A stretch of 63,991 bases of DNA, the filler included, from Choristocarpus tenellus KU-1152 (taxonomy: Eukaryota > Protista > Phaeophyceae), in assembly GCA_964200185.2 (NCBI GenBank). It is 12 parts of 12 records of this genome, joined end to end, with 100 filler letters (N's around TTAATTAATTAA, not from the genome) between each part and the next. Parts side by side here need not be neighbours in the genome. Positions count along the whole stretch, not along the records: positions 61,467 to 63,991 come from CAXNAD020027066.1; 11 more parts are not named here. One strand, written 5' to 3'. Position numbers and translations under genes: made by a program. Below the pieces are notes generated by a model, which saw only the letters and a program-made list of their open reading frames with translations, had not been told where the DNA came from and did no database searches. Positions 61,546 through 63,991 of the stretch are shown piece after piece (positions within the stretch are counted from its first letter, which is position 1; the number at the start of each line of letters is the position of its first letter).

Positions 61546-62647
61546 TCGCTCTTGTTCTGAAACAATGGTGTTACTTATGACATCACTCAATCATTATGGC
61601 GTTACCAGCGTAATCAATTAACACTAAGAATGTTGGCATCACTCACCTATAATCACGTCAACAGTCAGTATAACATCAATGTAATTTGAAAAAAAGAAAA
61701 ATATAGGCAGAATTTAAGTACCCTTATTTTGTATAGAATGTATGCCTGAAGACTCTGTAGGAAATTGATTTTATTTTGGAGGATTCGACTTTTTAATTGG
61801 GAGTCATCAGGTATATATTTTTATAATTATGCCTCCTGACATTTTTCAGATGTGTCAGCGGAAAAACCAATGAAAACTATTCCCATGTCAGAAAAATCCC
61901 TAAAAAGGTAACAGTTGTAAAATGTGAAAGACATCAATTTATTCGCTATTTTACTACCAGCTATGCTATACCGCTTCCTTCCTGTGCCTCTAACCTGGCT
62001 TAGTCCTGCACCCCAGGGTGAGGAGCTAGGGAACCATCCCAGGAATATAACAAGCTCCTCCTTGCCCATCTCCCTGGCGTGTCTCCAGCTTAAAACACGT
62101 AACACGTCGAGATAGTGCTACTTGCGTTGTGACTGAAAAGTTTGGCATTGACGGGATTTGACATATATATATTCCTTAACGAAAAGGCAACCGGCATGTC
62201 TAGCCCTAATACCACTGACAACCATAACCCAGAGAATCTACCTCCAAACTTGTTGGGTGGCAGCATTGTTTCTCCCAAGTATTCAGTATCATCCTGTGTC
62301 TTGGGTCCGGCCTAGTAATAACAATATCTTTTGTTCAGTGCAAGTAAGAGAAATTTGCAGATATAAGCAGCACATATCTTGCGCCTATATAATCATATAA
62401 AGTTGCTCCTGCATTCCGCCAACAAGATAGCTGTGGTGCTAAAAAGGAGCAAGATGACATCATTGTGTGACTTTTTGACAAGAAAACTCTGGCTCATTAA
62501 ACGTGCCAAACTGATATCCTCTCTTATCATTACTTTGAACTAAAATCACATAAAAAAGACAAGGGATATAGTGCAGATACAAACGCATTTCGTGATATCA
62601 GTATCAGCAACATATTGCATTACTTATACTTTGAAGTGACGTTGGAG

Positions 62648-62720
62648 GTATGTATGTATGTATGTATGTATGTATGTATGTATGTATGTATGTATGTATG
62701 CATGCATGTATGTATGCATG
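62648..62720. repeat. (TATG)n microsatellite
   Basis: Directly visible. Confidence 0.95.
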
Positions 62721-62837
62721 CACTGCTATGGCGTAAAGACTGAGACGGCGATTGTTTAAAGTGAAAGTCAAACAGAGGAGATCAGGTATGAAATAGTAGT
62801 AATGATGCCTTGTGTGTCGATGGGGTCTTCATGTGTC

Positions 62838-63087
62838 GAGTAAGAGTATCTAAGAGGGTACGAGTTTTGCCCTGTTTGTCCATTTGAGGCTTGGCTTCCT
62901 TCCCATGTGTTCTTTATGACATTTCCTACTCCAAAATGTTTAGGAGTAGGCAAAGTGTATATGTTATGAAAAGGTGTGTCTGGAACATGGATATTGACAC
63001 TTCCTAACAAACACAACAGCCAAAATTACAACATTGGATTTTGTCCCCCAAATGGACGAAGTGCTACCCTCTAAGATAATTTGGCTC
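62838..63087. mobile_element. GAGTCAAAGT-family MITE copy
   Basis: gagtaagagtatctaagagggta ... taccctctaagataatttggctc, with flanks tgtc/tgtt. Confidence 0.85.
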
Positions 63088-63538
63088 TGTTCAGTCAAAT
63101 CATACTACAAAAGAGTGCTTGGGAGTGAATGCCTTCAGTTCAAGGAGAGTTTTTGATTAAATGGGCACCCTAACTCTCGAATAGCCAGTATTCCCAAGAT
63201 TATAAAGGGATGATGAGGTTGCAGGGCAGAAGTCATCTTCCTGGTTCAATGTGACCTACTTTGAAGTATATGACAACCCAATTTACTCTCACATTCAAAA
63301 AACAAAGTAAACAAGAGGTACCCAGGTTTGGGCAGTTTTGCATTGTAAGCCAAGTGTTCAATTGTTTGCAATTACCCACGTTTCTACAGATGAAGTGCTA
63401 AGTTTGACTTAAGAGCATTGGTTTCTCTAATGTTTGATTTTTTAATGGCTGAATTCAGCTAAGGTCCTTCCTACACACATTTGTGAGAAAAAAATGAATT
63501 TTGCATATATTTGTCGGCTTCCTTAAAATGCAACTCCG

Positions 63539-63792
63539 GAGTGAAAGAATCAAGGGTATGAGTTTTGCCCTGTTTGTCCATTTGGGGTTTGGCTTCCCGT
63601 GGTTTTTTAATGATATTTTCCTACTCCAAAAAGTTTCGGAGTAGGTAACATGTATACGTTATGAAGGGCGTGTACGGAACAAGGATAATGACATCTCCTA
63701 ACAAACGTGATAGCCAAAATTACATCAAAATTGTAACATTGGATTTTGCCCCACAAATGGACGCGACTCTATCCTCTAAGATACTTTGACTC
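63539..63792. mobile_element. GAGTCAAAGT-family MITE nested in the TIR of a related MITE (63299-63820)
   Basis: gagtgaaag...ctctaagatactttgactc with flanks tccg/tctg. The empty site aaatgca(a/g)c-tctg-ggtacct is seen at 23561 and 47691. Confidence 0.88.
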
Positions 63793-63991
63793 TCTGGGTA
63801 CCTCTCGTTCACTTTGACTCACTGGGTGGAAAATTTTCGATGTTAAACGTTTTTTACCCCATAACAGCACTTACTTTATCTACTACTTTACTTACCTTGA
63901 TATGTGAAGTATATAACAAACATAATGTGGAAAGCATGTTTGTCTGTTATTATACCGTTATTGCCGTATGCCATATACCGTTATACCGTGG

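Noticed and set aside
61994-63275. Several short minus-strand exon candidates
   Set aside because: Phases do not join consistently and no domain was recognised.

Overview
This is eukaryotic, intron-rich genomic DNA. The proteins and repeats resemble those of a stramenopile, most plausibly a brown alga; this is an inference from protein similarity, not a database result. The window is not one locus: 12 short contigs are joined by 100-bp artificial linkers (N44-TTAATTAATTAA-N44), so adjacency across linkers is meaningless and most six-frame ORFs are spurious. Manual exon splicing gives complete genes for CHMP5/Vps60, a RING/B-box/B-box/coiled-coil (TRIM-like) protein and an HMG-box protein. It also gives a predicted secreted, GPI-tailed, 10-cysteine Ly6/uPAR (three-finger)-like protein, a fold usually regarded as animal-specific and the most notable finding here. 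Partial genes are XRN2, METTL16, a membrane-anchored tyrosinase, ribophorin I, a SET/post-SET methyltransferase and an EF-hand-repeat protein. Repeats include decayed Ty3/Gypsy and Ty1/Copia elements, RLE-type LINE relics, several nested MITE families with 4-bp TSDs (Sola-like), satellites and microsatellites. No rRNA, tRNA or CRISPR array was seen.
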